A DNA stretch of 24,846 nt from a virus (taxonomy: Duplodnaviria > Caudoviricetes), in IMG/VR virus record IMGVR_UViG_3300049012_000059, positions 1-24,846 of that record; one strand, given 5' to 3'. Shown one piece after another: positions 1 to 7,863 of the stretch; the first letter of the stretch is position 1, and every line of letters begins with the position of its first letter. The position numbers and the translations under genes are program-made. Below the pieces are notes generated by a model that was given only the letters and a program-made list of their open reading frames with translations, did no database searches and was not told the DNA's origin.

Positions 1-167
1 GGGTGGGGGGGTCCGGCAAAAAGGCTTGAGTGAGAAAGAGAGCTTCAGCAATTGACCCCCAAATGGGCGAGGGGGACTATATTGAGAAGGTTTATCCCAG
101 ATTGTTACAGTTTCCTGGGTCAGAGAGGGTCAAGCGCGAACCGGGAAAATTTACCGGTTACGGCTGG

Positions 168-518
168 CTAGTCCTCCCACTGCTCGCGCGGCAGGAGCGC
201 TTGCCCCGAGGCGTTGAACAGCTGGCCGCAGTCGCAGGCGGAGTCGCCTGGCGTCAGGTCGTGCTCGGCGTGGCAGGTTGGGCACTCGACCGAGCCCCAG
301 TCGATCCAGCGATTGAGCGACCACTCGAGCGTGGGTGCGCGGTAGTCGTTGGAGCTGCAGACGTGGGCGTAGCTTCGGGCCTGGGATTCGGTCAGCGGGT
401 GCAGCTTGCCCTGGGGGTCGCAGTCGAATGCGTAGCCCGAGCCCGGGTGCGCGATCGAGTTGAACCAGAGGAAGTGCTGGACGTCTTCGTGGCGGCAGAA
501 GGGGCGGATGCGGCGCAT
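168..518 (-). CDS. Hypothetical phage protein, 116 aa, C-terminal Zn-ribbon-like Cys motif
   Basis: ATG preceded by AGGAG; CPTC...CDC-G motif; last of a tightly packed leftward run of ORFs. Confidence 0.75.
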   Translation of the reverse strand: MRRIRPFCRHEDVQHFLWFNSIAHPGSGYAFDCDPQGKLHPLTESQARSYAHVCSSNDYRAPTLEWSLNRWIDWGSVECPTCHAEHDLTPGDSACDCGQLFNASGQALLPREQWED

Positions 519-527
519 GGTTGGCTC

Positions 528-701
528 CTAGGCTTGGCCGGCGACGGACTGCGGCGGGCGCCGCATGGCCAGGTGCTGGGTGGCCGCATGCGGGGGCGGA
601 CTGCGGTCGGGCTCGCGCCGGGCTTGCACCGGCGGGAAGTCGAACGTGGTGCGGCTCAGGGTGACGATGCGCTCGGGGCGCGGGGTCAGGTGGTAGAGCA
701 T
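528..701 (-). CDS. Small hypothetical protein, 57 aa (MLYHLTPRPERIVTL...)
   Basis: Translated by hand; ATG 3 nt after the upstream TGA (TGAACCATG); TAG stop overlaps the RBS of the next gene. Confidence 0.5.
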   Translation of the reverse strand: MLYHLTPRPERIVTLSRTTFDFPPVQARREPDRSPPPHAATQHLAMRRPPQSVAGQA

Positions 702-704
702 GGT

Positions 705-803
705 TCAGGCCGGTTGATGGGTGGAGATCCAGCAGAAGGCGCGGTGCTCGCGCTTGGCTTCGGTGGTGGCGGTGCTGACCTGATGGAAGATTCGCAGCAG
801 CAT
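705..803 (-). CDS. Micro-ORF, 32 aa (MLLRIFHQVSTATTEAKREHRAFCWISTHQPA)
   Basis: Fills the gap between neighbours exactly, with TGAGCCATG / TGAACCATG junctions. Confidence 0.45.
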   Translation of the reverse strand: MLLRIFHQVSTATTEAKREHRAFCWISTHQPA

Positions 804-806
804 GGC

Positions 807-950
807 TCAGGCCTCCGTGTTGACGAATTCGCGGCACTCGCTCCAGGTGCCCACGAAGGCGCACCAGTAGCCCTTGCGCATGAGCGCGTTGTGGGTGCAG
901 GCACCGGCGATCTGCACGTCCTGGTGTTGGTTGACCATCACGTAGTACAT
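807..950 (-). CDS. Small hypothetical protein, 47 aa (MYYVMVNQHQ...)
   Basis: ATG at 950 with AAAGGA RBS; leader nearly identical to that of the 2405 gene. Confidence 0.65.
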   Translation of the reverse strand: MYYVMVNQHQDVQIAGACTHNALMRKGYWCAFVGTWSECREFVNTEA

Positions 951-995
951 GGCTGGGTCCTTTGAAGTGGGTTTTCCAATGCAGCAGCTGAGCAT

Positions 996-1757
996 TGGCG
1001 AAAAGGATTTGTAACAAAGCCCTTTCGCCAACACTCCGAGGGTGTTTAGGCGGGAAACCCTTGCCAATATTCGTTAACCCGTGGGTTCGAACCTATCGCA
1101 AGGCGGGCAGGACGGGAGTATTTGCGCCCGGCGCTGCCTGTTATCCTGATACTCTAATTCCCTGCCGATAATCGCCGGCTTCACCCGACGGAAACCGCGG
1201 TATCTATAAATCGGCTCACGTGACATCAGCATGGATTCCTTTAGTTTCCATCTGCCTTTGGCGAAACCGATTCAAACCCGCTAGTCATACTTCGTGCGCC
1301 ACTGCGGACGCGACGATTCACTGCAGGGAATTGAGTACGCATCCCTTGATCGGGATACTCGCACCGGGGTACTAATCTCCGGGCTATGCGTTGGGCCCGC
1401 TGGCGGATTCCGCGCACATCGCGCAGGGTTACCCGAGCGCATCAAGCAAGGCATGCGAGGCGTCCAAGCATGCGAGGCGAGATAGGCAGGGGGAACCCGG
1501 CGCAAAGGTCGGATTACCGAGGTTCGCGCGTCAACCCGTGAGGGGAGCGCTAGCGGGCTTGAATTGTCTCCGCGCCGGGCATTGGCCGCGCCGGGCAGAA
1601 AGAGCGGGTTGCGAGCCGACTAGGGCAGCCGAGCAATGCAGGGGAGCGCTAGAGGGAAGGCAACGGGGGAGGGCAGGGCCGGACCCCTGGCAAGCCCGCA
1701 GGAACGCTCCTACGGGCTTGCCAGGGGCGCCGCAAGGGGTGCGGCGCCCCCTGCCTA
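996..1757. ncRNA. Candidate large structured non-coding RNA (or structured DNA element); family unknown
   Basis: No credible ORF; long-range complementarity 1150-1165/1323-1337, 1142-1150/1349-1357, 1270-1284/1550-1564, 1483-1493/1747-1757, plus many local hairpins. Confidence 0.5.
1684..1750 (-). repeat. Two overlapping GC-rich inverted repeats just downstream of the 2405-1761 gene
   Basis: CCCCTGGCAAGCCCG...CGGGCTTGCCAGGGG (1684-1727) and GGGGCGCCGCA-N5-TGCGGCGCCCC (1724-1750); no U tract. Confidence 0.85.
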
Positions 1758-1760
1758 GGG

Positions 1761-2405
1761 TCAGTGGGTGGCGACCGGCGCGGACGCAGGCGAGGTGACA
1801 ACTTCGGCCAGCGGGCGGCCGTCCACCTGCACCTCGCAGAATTCATCCGCCAGGGCCGCGAGACCTTCGAAGGCGGAATCGTCGCCAGCGACGATGGCCG
1901 CCCGCAGGAACGCGAGCGCATCGGCGACCGTGAGCGGCTTCGCGATGGCCGCCTGCGCCTTCGCTTCCGCTTCGGCCTGCGCTGCCTCGCGCTTGGCCGT
2001 GCGCTCCGCCTTGGCACGCTCCTGCGCCTTGGCCTCGCGCTTGGCCTTGCTGGCGTCTGCGGCGGACTGCTCGGCCGCATCGAAGGCGGCCACGGTCTCG
2101 GCGCGAATGGCCTGCGCACGGGCTTCGGCAGTGTCCGGCTGGGTGCGTTTCAGCTGCTCCCAGCTGGCCCGCGCGGTCCCGTAGGCGGACGTCACAGCGG
2201 CGACGATGCGCGCCACGCGGGCTCCCTTGAGCTCACCCAGGGCCGACAGAGTGTCGTCCAGTGGCCGGCTGTTGCCGTGCTTCAACAGGTTGACCAGTGC
2301 CGACTCCAGCGAATCGAAGGCGGATTGGTGAGCGGCTTCGGCGGAGCCTGCGAACGCGACGATGGCCAGAATGGGGGTGAAACCCTTGGCGCGAATGGTG
2401 GACAT
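1761..2405 (-). CDS. Hypothetical Ala-rich helical protein, 214 aa
   Basis: ATG at 2405 with AAAGGA RBS; GC3-biased codons; A/K/E/R-rich coiled-coil-like segment. Confidence 0.8.
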   Translation of the reverse strand: MSTIRAKGFTPILAIVAFAGSAEAAHQSAFDSLESALVNLLKHGNSRPLDDTLSALGELKGARVARIVAAVTSAYGTARASWEQLKRTQPDTAEARAQAIRAETVAAFDAAEQSAADASKAKREAKAQERAKAERTAKREAAQAEAEAKAQAAIAKPLTVADALAFLRAAIVAGDDSAFEGLAALADEFCEVQVDGRPLAEVVTSPASAPVATH

Positions 2406-2442
2406 GATTGGATCCTTTGAAGTTGGGTAGTCGGGCAAGGCG

Positions 2443-2474
2443 CCCCCCATACCTAGCACGCTGGGTATGGGGGG
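2443..2474. repeat. Intergenic 14 bp stem-loop
   Basis: CCCCCCATACCTAG-CACG-CTGGGTATGGGGGG, one T-G pair. Confidence 0.75.
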
Positions 2475-2490
2475 TATCTCCCCCTACTGC

Positions 2491-2604
2491 TCAGGCCAGG
2501 GTCAGACCGCAGTCCACCCGGGCCCAGAACCGCGCCATGCGTTCGATGGCCTGCATGCGCTCGGCATAGTCGGGGTGGATCGTTGAGAAGACATAGACAT
2601 CCAT
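2491..2604 (-). CDS. Small hypothetical protein, 37 aa (MDVYVFSTIHPDY...)
   Basis: ATG at 2604 with CAGGAG RBS; first ORF of the leftward block. Confidence 0.55.
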   Translation of the reverse strand: MDVYVFSTIHPDYAERMQAIERMARFWARVDCGLTLA

Positions 2605-3238
2605 GGCAGGAATCTCCTGTGAGGGGGGTGAGAGAAACGTAAGAGACCACACCTCCACATAAGCACCCCCCATGCCAGGGCAAAGCCCGTCGGATATCAG
2701 GCACTTAGCGGGGGCATACCCACAATGCGGAATCTATTGACAAAGAATGTCATTTACCCTCGCCCATATTTGTCATGTCCCGACAACAATTGCCGTGCCA
2801 ACAATATCCGTGCCCGTTCAAAATATTTGATTTAGCCTCCAAAAACCTGCCTATTTCTATAGCACACAGTAGAAACCCTATGCCCCGGGAAGGTCGATTT
2901 TTTGGCCGTGGTTGACCCGCTCGGCGCACCCACACTGACCCCTTACCCCGGTGCCGATCGGGCCGCCAAGGCGATTTTTCATGTGGTGAAACCAACTCAT
3001 GCACAGGTTATCCACTACGCATCTAGTAGCGCTTTGCTGCGCTGCACCGTGGTCCCGAGGCCATCGGCGCCGGGGTCGGCGCAGGTGAGCGCGGCGGCCT
3101 CGCGCTCGGGAACGATGACGGGTACACCTTCGGCGTCGGGACGCCTGGCCGGCCGCTCCCACCCCCTCCCGCCACATGCAAAATTTTTCAAAACTTTGGT
3201 GTCAATAAGTCCGAGTTTGACTGCCAATTCGGCCAAGT

Positions 3239-3268
3239 TTGACCAGATACCCGACTTTCCCTTACCAT
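3239..3268 (+). promoter_or_regulatory. Putative sigma70-like promoter giving a leaderless transcript
   Basis: TTGACC-18 nt-TACCAT, ATG 6 nt after the -10 box, no Shine-Dalgarno. Confidence 0.5.
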
Positions 3269-3274
3269 TCCCGA

Positions 3275-3568
3275 ATGGAAATCAGCAAACGGAATCTCGA
3301 CCGGCTCGCCAAGCGCAAAATTACCAAGCGCGCCCTGGCGGCCGAGCTGGGTATCTCCGAGTGCTACCTCAACCGCCTGACGCCGCCGTTACCGCCGGGG
3401 CCCGTGCGCGCCAAGCGCCTCGCCCGTGCTGACCTGGCGCAGCAGCGCAGAAACCACCGGATGAAACTCGCGAAGATGGTGCAGTCGGGACGCCGCAATA
3501 TCGAGTCGGCTGCCAAGGAGGCGCGCTGTTCGGTGCGCACGCTGTATCGCTACCTGGCCAAGCTATGA
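3275..3568 (+). CDS. Basic DNA-binding protein with two helix-turn-helix motifs, 97 aa
   Basis: TKRALAAELGISECYLNRL and IESAAKEARCSVRTLYRYL both fit HTH patterns. Confidence 0.8.
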   Translation: MEISKRNLDRLAKRKITKRALAAELGISECYLNRLTPPLPPGPVRAKRLARADLAQQRRNHRMKLAKMVQSGRRNIESAAKEARCSVRTLYRYLAKL

Positions 3569-3741
3569 AAGGGACTCACCCCGTGAAAAAGTGCATCGGC
3601 TGGGGTTTGCTCGCCAGCCCCTTCATCGGCGTGTTCGCGCTCGGCGCAACTCTCCTGGGCCAAAGCTTCGTGATTCCCTTGGCGTCGGCCCTCGGCGTCA
3701 TTGCCGTCATCGTTCTAGGCCTGGCCCTTATCCGCGACTGA
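3565..3741 (+). CDS. Small two-TM membrane protein, 58 aa (alternative GTG start 3583)
   Basis: ATGA overlap with upstream stop; two hydrophobic stretches (IGWGLLASPFIGVFALGATLL; FVIPLASALGVIAVIVLGLALI); not in the ORF track. Confidence 0.65.
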   Translation: MKGTHPVKKCIGWGLLASPFIGVFALGATLLGQSFVIPLASALGVIAVIVLGLALIRD

Positions 3742-3746
3742 CGCCC

Positions 3747-3986
3747 ATGAAACTGTTCTCATTCTTCAAGCGCAAGCCCATCGTGCCCTTCTCGGAGATC
3801 GCCGCGCAGCAGCCGCCGGCGCCATGCGGCAAGCAGCTCGCGCACTACGAGTGGGAGTTGGCGTGTGGCCTGCCGTGCCCGAACTGCGCCGCGCAGCGCG
3901 AGCGCCGGCGCGAGCTCGCGAAGCAGGAGCAGCTGGCCCAGCTGATCGCCGACGCCATCGTGACCAAGCTGCAGGCCCAGAAATGA
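3747..3986 (+). CDS. Hypothetical protein, 79 aa, possible Zn-binding Cys/His motif
   Basis: CGKQLAH...CGLPCPNC; ATGA overlap with next gene. Confidence 0.7.
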   Translation: MKLFSFFKRKPIVPFSEIAAQQPPAPCGKQLAHYEWELACGLPCPNCAAQRERRRELAKQEQLAQLIADAIVTKLQAQK

Positions 3987-4378
3987 CCCTCAAGGACTTC
4001 GGGCTCGACGCCCACGACCGCGCACCGCCGCCCCCGCCGGAAGCGTTGCCGCTGCCGGAGCTGCGGGTCTTCGAGTCGATCGAGGACCTGGACCTGATGC
4101 AGGAGGTGCTGCAGCAGTATGCGCACGTGGTGCGCCTGCGCGACTGGTGCATCACCGATCCGGACACGCCGACGAACCAGAAGGCGCAGGTGATGAACAC
4201 CTGCACGAACCTGCTGATGCAGCTGTCGAAGACGCAGATCGAACTGCATAGCGCCGAGCGGCTGAAGAAGCTCGAGGCCGTGCTCATCAAGTGCTTGAAG
4301 ACGCTGCCCGACCACACGGTCAGCGAGTTCATGATGCTCTACGAGAAAGAGGTGCTGGAGCTCAACCGTGCACCTTGA
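3983..4378 (+). CDS. Probable terminase small subunit, 131 aa
   Basis: Helical protein of suitable size just upstream of the large terminase; assignment by position only. Confidence 0.5.
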   Translation: MTLKDFGLDAHDRAPPPPPEALPLPELRVFESIEDLDLMQEVLQQYAHVVRLRDWCITDPDTPTNQKAQVMNTCTNLLMQLSKTQIELHSAERLKKLEAVLIKCLKTLPDHTVSEFMMLYEKEVLELNRAP

Positions 4379-4574
4379 CTCCGAGCAGCGCACCCTTGCC
4401 CTGATCCACCCGTCGCACAGCATGCGGCAGCACCGCGCAGGCATGCGCTACGACTGGCTGTGGCTGCACCGCTGCCGGCGCTGCTTCGGCATCGCCTGGG
4501 CCGCGTTGGACAAGCGCACGGACCACGATTCCAAGCTCGAGCGCCCTTGCCGGGCCTTCCGCCATGCTTCTTGA
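4368..4574 (+). CDS. Hypothetical basic protein, 68 aa
   Basis: GTG start with GGAG upstream; overlaps both neighbours by 11 nt. Confidence 0.5.
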   Translation: MHLDSEQRTLALIHPSHSMRQHRAGMRYDWLWLHRCRRCFGIAWAALDKRTDHDSKLERPCRAFRHAS

Positions 4575-6234
4575 ACACCTGGAACGCATTCGCGCCGAGA
4601 CGAGCGCGAAGTACACGCTGAAGAACACGCCGGACTGGATCGTGCGCAACACGCGGCTGCGCGGCGAGCCCTTCAGCTTCAAGGATCACGAGTTCCAGCT
4701 GCAGATCCTGACCGATCCGAGCGCGGAAAAGGTCGTTCGCAAGTGCTCGCAGGTCGGTTTGACCGAGCTGAGCCTGCGCGAGACGCTTGCCATCATCCGC
4801 ATCCTCGTCGGCTCGGCGGCGATCTACACGATGCCGACGGCCACCGACGCCGAGAAAGTCGCGAAAACCCGCCTGAATCCGATCATTTCTGGGTCAAAAG
4901 ACCTCAGTTTTTCGATCAATCCGGAGGTAAATTCGAACCAAATCAAGCAATTTGGGGACAGTTTCTTCTATTTTGGTGGCACTTTTGGCCAACAGCAGGC
5001 GATTTCGACGCCGGCGGACCTTATCGTGCACGACGAGGTGGACTTCAGCAATATGGAAGTGCTGACCACCTATGAATCTCGAAATACCCACTCGGCCTAC
5101 AAACTGCGCCGCGAATTCTCCACGCCGACGCTGCCCGGCCGCGGTATCTCGGCCCGATTCGACCGTTCGCGGCGCCATTTCAACTTCGTCAAGTGCTGCG
5201 ACTGCAATGAGTGGTTCCTGCCGAGCTATGACGACCACGTGAAGATCCCCGGCTGGGACAAGCCGCTCGACGAGATCACCAAGGACAACATCCACACGGT
5301 GCGCTGGCGCGAGGCGGTGCTCGTTTGCCCGCACTGTGGCACCTGGCCGGAGCTGATCCCGCAGTTTCGCGAGTGGGTGTGCGAGAACCCGAGCGAGCAG
5401 CACACGGCGGCCGGCTATGCGGTGAGCCCGTTCGACGCGCCGGCGATCATCACGACGCCGTGGCTGGTCGAGAAGAGCACGAAGTACGAGCGGCGCGCCG
5501 ACTTCGTGAACTTCAACCTGGGCCTGCCGTACGAGGACAAGAAGGAGTCGCTCACCAAGGCGCTGCTCGACAGCTTGCACATCCGCGGCGAGGCGGCGCA
5601 GTTCGGCAGCTACTGCTTCGGCGCGGACATGGGCGTGACCTGCCACTTGCTGGTGGGCACGGTCGACCTGGCCGGGCAGTTCATCGTGGTGCACTTCGAG
5701 AAGTGCTCGATCGCCGACTTCGAGAAGCGCAAGCTGGAGCTGTGCGCGAAGTTCCGCGTGCTGGTGTCGGTGATCGACGCCTTCCCCTACACCGACACCG
5801 TGCTGCGGCTGCAGAACAGCGACCCGAACCTGTTCGGCGGCGTGTATCACAACAGCAAGAACCTGGCGATCTATAGCGTCACCGACAAGCCCGAGGTGCC
5901 CGAAGAGGGCAAGCTGCCCATTAAGCAGGCCAAAATCAATCGCAATATGGCTTTCGATGAGCTAAATAGTTTGATTTTGCGTAGGCAAGCGGTATTTCTG
6001 AATAACCCGCACCAAGACGAATTCACAAGGCATTTGCTTGACTTGAAACGCGCACCGGTTCCGGATAAGAAGACCGGTGAAATCGAGTATGTTTGGGTCA
6101 AATCCGAACGCGGAGAGGATCACTTCTTCAATGGACTTCTCTATCTCTATACCGCAACTCGTTTGAGAGCCATGGTGCAGGCTCAGTATCCGTTCATGCT
6201 TCCCGTTTCGAGCTTCCGGTTGAAGAATCCCTAA
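4564..6234 (+). CDS. terL: Terminase large subunit, lambda GpA-like
   Basis: Walker A-like VRKCSQVGLTE, Walker B LIVHDEVD, STPT motif, CxxC pairs, nuclease motifs FGADMG and GEDHFF. Confidence 0.93.
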   Translation: MLLEHLERIRAETSAKYTLKNTPDWIVRNTRLRGEPFSFKDHEFQLQILTDPSAEKVVRKCSQVGLTELSLRETLAIIRILVGSAAIYTMPTATDAEKVAKTRLNPIISGSKDLSFSINPEVNSNQIKQFGDSFFYFGGTFGQQQAISTPADLIVHDEVDFSNMEVLTTYESRNTHSAYKLRREFSTPTLPGRGISARFDRSRRHFNFVKCCDCNEWFLPSYDDHVKIPGWDKPLDEITKDNIHTVRWREAVLVCPHCGTWPELIPQFREWVCENPSEQHTAAGYAVSPFDAPAIITTPWLVEKSTKYERRADFVNFNLGLPYEDKKESLTKALLDSLHIRGEAAQFGSYCFGADMGVTCHLLVGTVDLAGQFIVVHFEKCSIADFEKRKLELCAKFRVLVSVIDAFPYTDTVLRLQNSDPNLFGGVYHNSKNLAIYSVTDKPEVPEEGKLPIKQAKINRNMAFDELNSLILRRQAVFLNNPHQDEFTRHLLDLKRAPVPDKKTGEIEYVWVKSERGEDHFFNGLLYLYTATRLRAMVQAQYPFMLPVSSFRLKNP

Positions 6235-6248
6235 TCCTCTGTCAGAAT
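6220..6248 (+). promoter_or_regulatory. Putative promoter upstream of portal
   Basis: TTGAAG-17 nt-CAGAAT with extended TG, inside an AT-rich island. Confidence 0.35.
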
Positions 6249-6297
6249 CGCCGAATGCAAACCCGCATTCGGCAATCTTTCGACAAGGGGCGCTCGA

Positions 6298-7863
6298 ATG
6301 CCTGAGCAGAGCGGCGTCACGCGGCACGCGGACGGCAGCGTCGAGCGCTGGGACCCGGCGCGCGGGCGCTGGGTGCAGGTGAGCGGCCCGGCGATGCAGG
6401 TGGCCACGCAGCTGCCGCCGGTCGAAACGCCCAAGGTCAAGCCGAAGCAGCAGTCGATCGCGCCGTACGCGCCCGGCGTCAAGCCGAGCGCGGCGGTGCT
6501 GGCCCGGCCCGACCGGCAGGTGGCCAACACCGACTTGCTGTCGTTCCGCCGCGAGGCGACGACGGCGCGCGTCATCCGCAACCTGCGCTACGTCAGCCCG
6601 GACCTTGCCGCGGCGGTGTCGAGCGCGGCGCGCATCGCCATCACCGAGCGCTACCGGGTCAAGGCCTATGACATGGCCGACGGCGCCTTCAACGTCGACG
6701 CGACCCGGCTTGCCTACGCCATGCTGGCGCGCTTCGACCTGGTGCCCGACTACACCACTGGCTTCAGCCAGATCAATAGCCTGCTGAGCACCAGCGAGGC
6801 GCTGGCGGGCGAGTTGATGATGGAGGGCGCGGCCTGCATGGAGCTGGTGCTCGACAAGGCGCGGCTGCCGGCCAAGATCGTGCCGCTGGCGACCAGCCAG
6901 ATCTTCTTCTTCGAGGACGACAAGGGCCTGCGGCCGGTGCAGCGCATCGCCGGCGTCGATGTCGACCTGGACGTGCCCACGTTCTTCTGGGTCTCGCTCG
7001 ACCAGGACCTGCTGCGCGCCTACCCGACGAGCCCGCTGGAGCCGGCGGTGCAGCCGGTGCTGGCCGACCAGGAGTTCACGAACGACGTGCGCCGCGTGAT
7101 CAAGCGCTCGGCATTCCCGCGGCTGTCGGTCACGATCAATCGCGAGGAGCTCGACAAGTCGATCCCGCCAGAGACGAAGGCCGATCCGGACAAGCTGCAG
7201 ACGTTCATCAATACGGCCCAGTCGGCGATCGCGAACGTGATCAACGGCCTGGCGCCCGAGGACGCGCTGGTCGTCTACAACTGGTGCGAGGTGAAGTACG
7301 TCGAGGGCGGCACGGGCGACGTGCCCGACGTTTTCAAGACCGTGCAGGACATCATGAACGCCAAGGTCGCCACCGGCGCCAAGGCGCTGCCCAGCGTCCT
7401 GGGCCACGGCAGCGGCAGCCAGAACATCGCCAGCAGCGAGACGCTGCTGGGCATGAAGAACGCGGACGGCATGATCCGCATGAAGCTCAACGAGCTGTAC
7501 AGCAAGGCGATGACGCTGGGCGTGCGGCTGTTCGGGCACGACGTCATGGTGGCCTTCGAGTACGAGGCGATCGACCTGCGCCCGACCAACGAGCTGGAGG
7601 CCTTCTTCGCGATGAAGCAGGCCCGCATCCTCGAGATGCTCAGCTTGGGGCTGATCACGGACGAGGAAGCCTGCATCGACCTGACCTACCGGCTGCCGCC
7701 GGCCGGCATGGCGCCGCTGTCGGGCACCGGCTTCTTCAACGCGCCCGCGGCCGGCGGTGAGAACCCCTACAGCGGCACGTCCAACGGCGGCGCCGGCGGC
7801 GGCGCGATGAACCAGAGCCTCAAGCCTGGCACGCCGACCAAGCCCAAGGGCAAGGCCGCCTGA
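6298..7863 (+). CDS. Portal protein, 521 aa
   Basis: Position after terL, size, portal-like C-terminal LSLGLITDEEA helix and low-complexity tail. Confidence 0.85.
   Translation: MPEQSGVTRHADGSVERWDPARGRWVQVSGPAMQVATQLPPVETPKVKPKQQSIAPYAPGVKPSAAVLARPDRQVANTDLLSFRREATTARVIRNLRYVSPDLAAAVSSAARIAITERYRVKAYDMADGAFNVDATRLAYAMLARFDLVPDYTTGFSQINSLLSTSEALAGELMMEGAACMELVLDKARLPAKIVPLATSQIFFFEDDKGLRPVQRIAGVDVDLDVPTFFWVSLDQDLLRAYPTSPLEPAVQPVLADQEFTNDVRRVIKRSAFPRLSVTINREELDKSIPPETKADPDKLQTFINTAQSAIANVINGLAPEDALVVYNWCEVKYVEGGTGDVPDVFKTVQDIMNAKVATGAKALPSVLGHGSGSQNIASSETLLGMKNADGMIRMKLNELYSKAMTLGVRLFGHDVMVAFEYEAIDLRPTNELEAFFAMKQARILEMLSLGLITDEEACIDLTYRLPPAGMAPLSGTGFFNAPAAGGENPYSGTSNGGAGGGAMNQSLKPGTPTKPKGKAA

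Noticed and set aside
30-965. 311 aa plus-strand ORF and 288 aa minus-strand ORF 151-1017
   Set aside because: Shadow frames over the RBS-bearing, tightly coupled minus-strand small genes; implausible composition
1081-1097. GGTTCGAACC resembling a tRNA T-loop
   Set aside because: No proper T-stem register, acceptor stem or cloverleaf
1281-1625. TAGTC/GACTA pair resembling group I intron P7, and GTGCG at 1294 resembling a group II 5' end
   Set aside because: Order is reversed for a group I intron, other core motifs and group II domain V are not visible; only a covariance search could test a permuted form
1281-1798. Short ORFs on both strands in the structured region
   Set aside because: No clear RBS, no GC3 codon bias, mutually overlapping
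63-2767. 11 bp inverted match ATGGGCGAGGG (63-73 and 2757-2767) as possible element ends
   Set aside because: Short enough to occur by chance in GC-rich DNA; no transposase or recombinase
2750-3432. ORFs 2750-3004, 2878-3177, 2902-3432, 3015-3236
   Set aside because: Weak starts and atypical codon use; region looks regulatory
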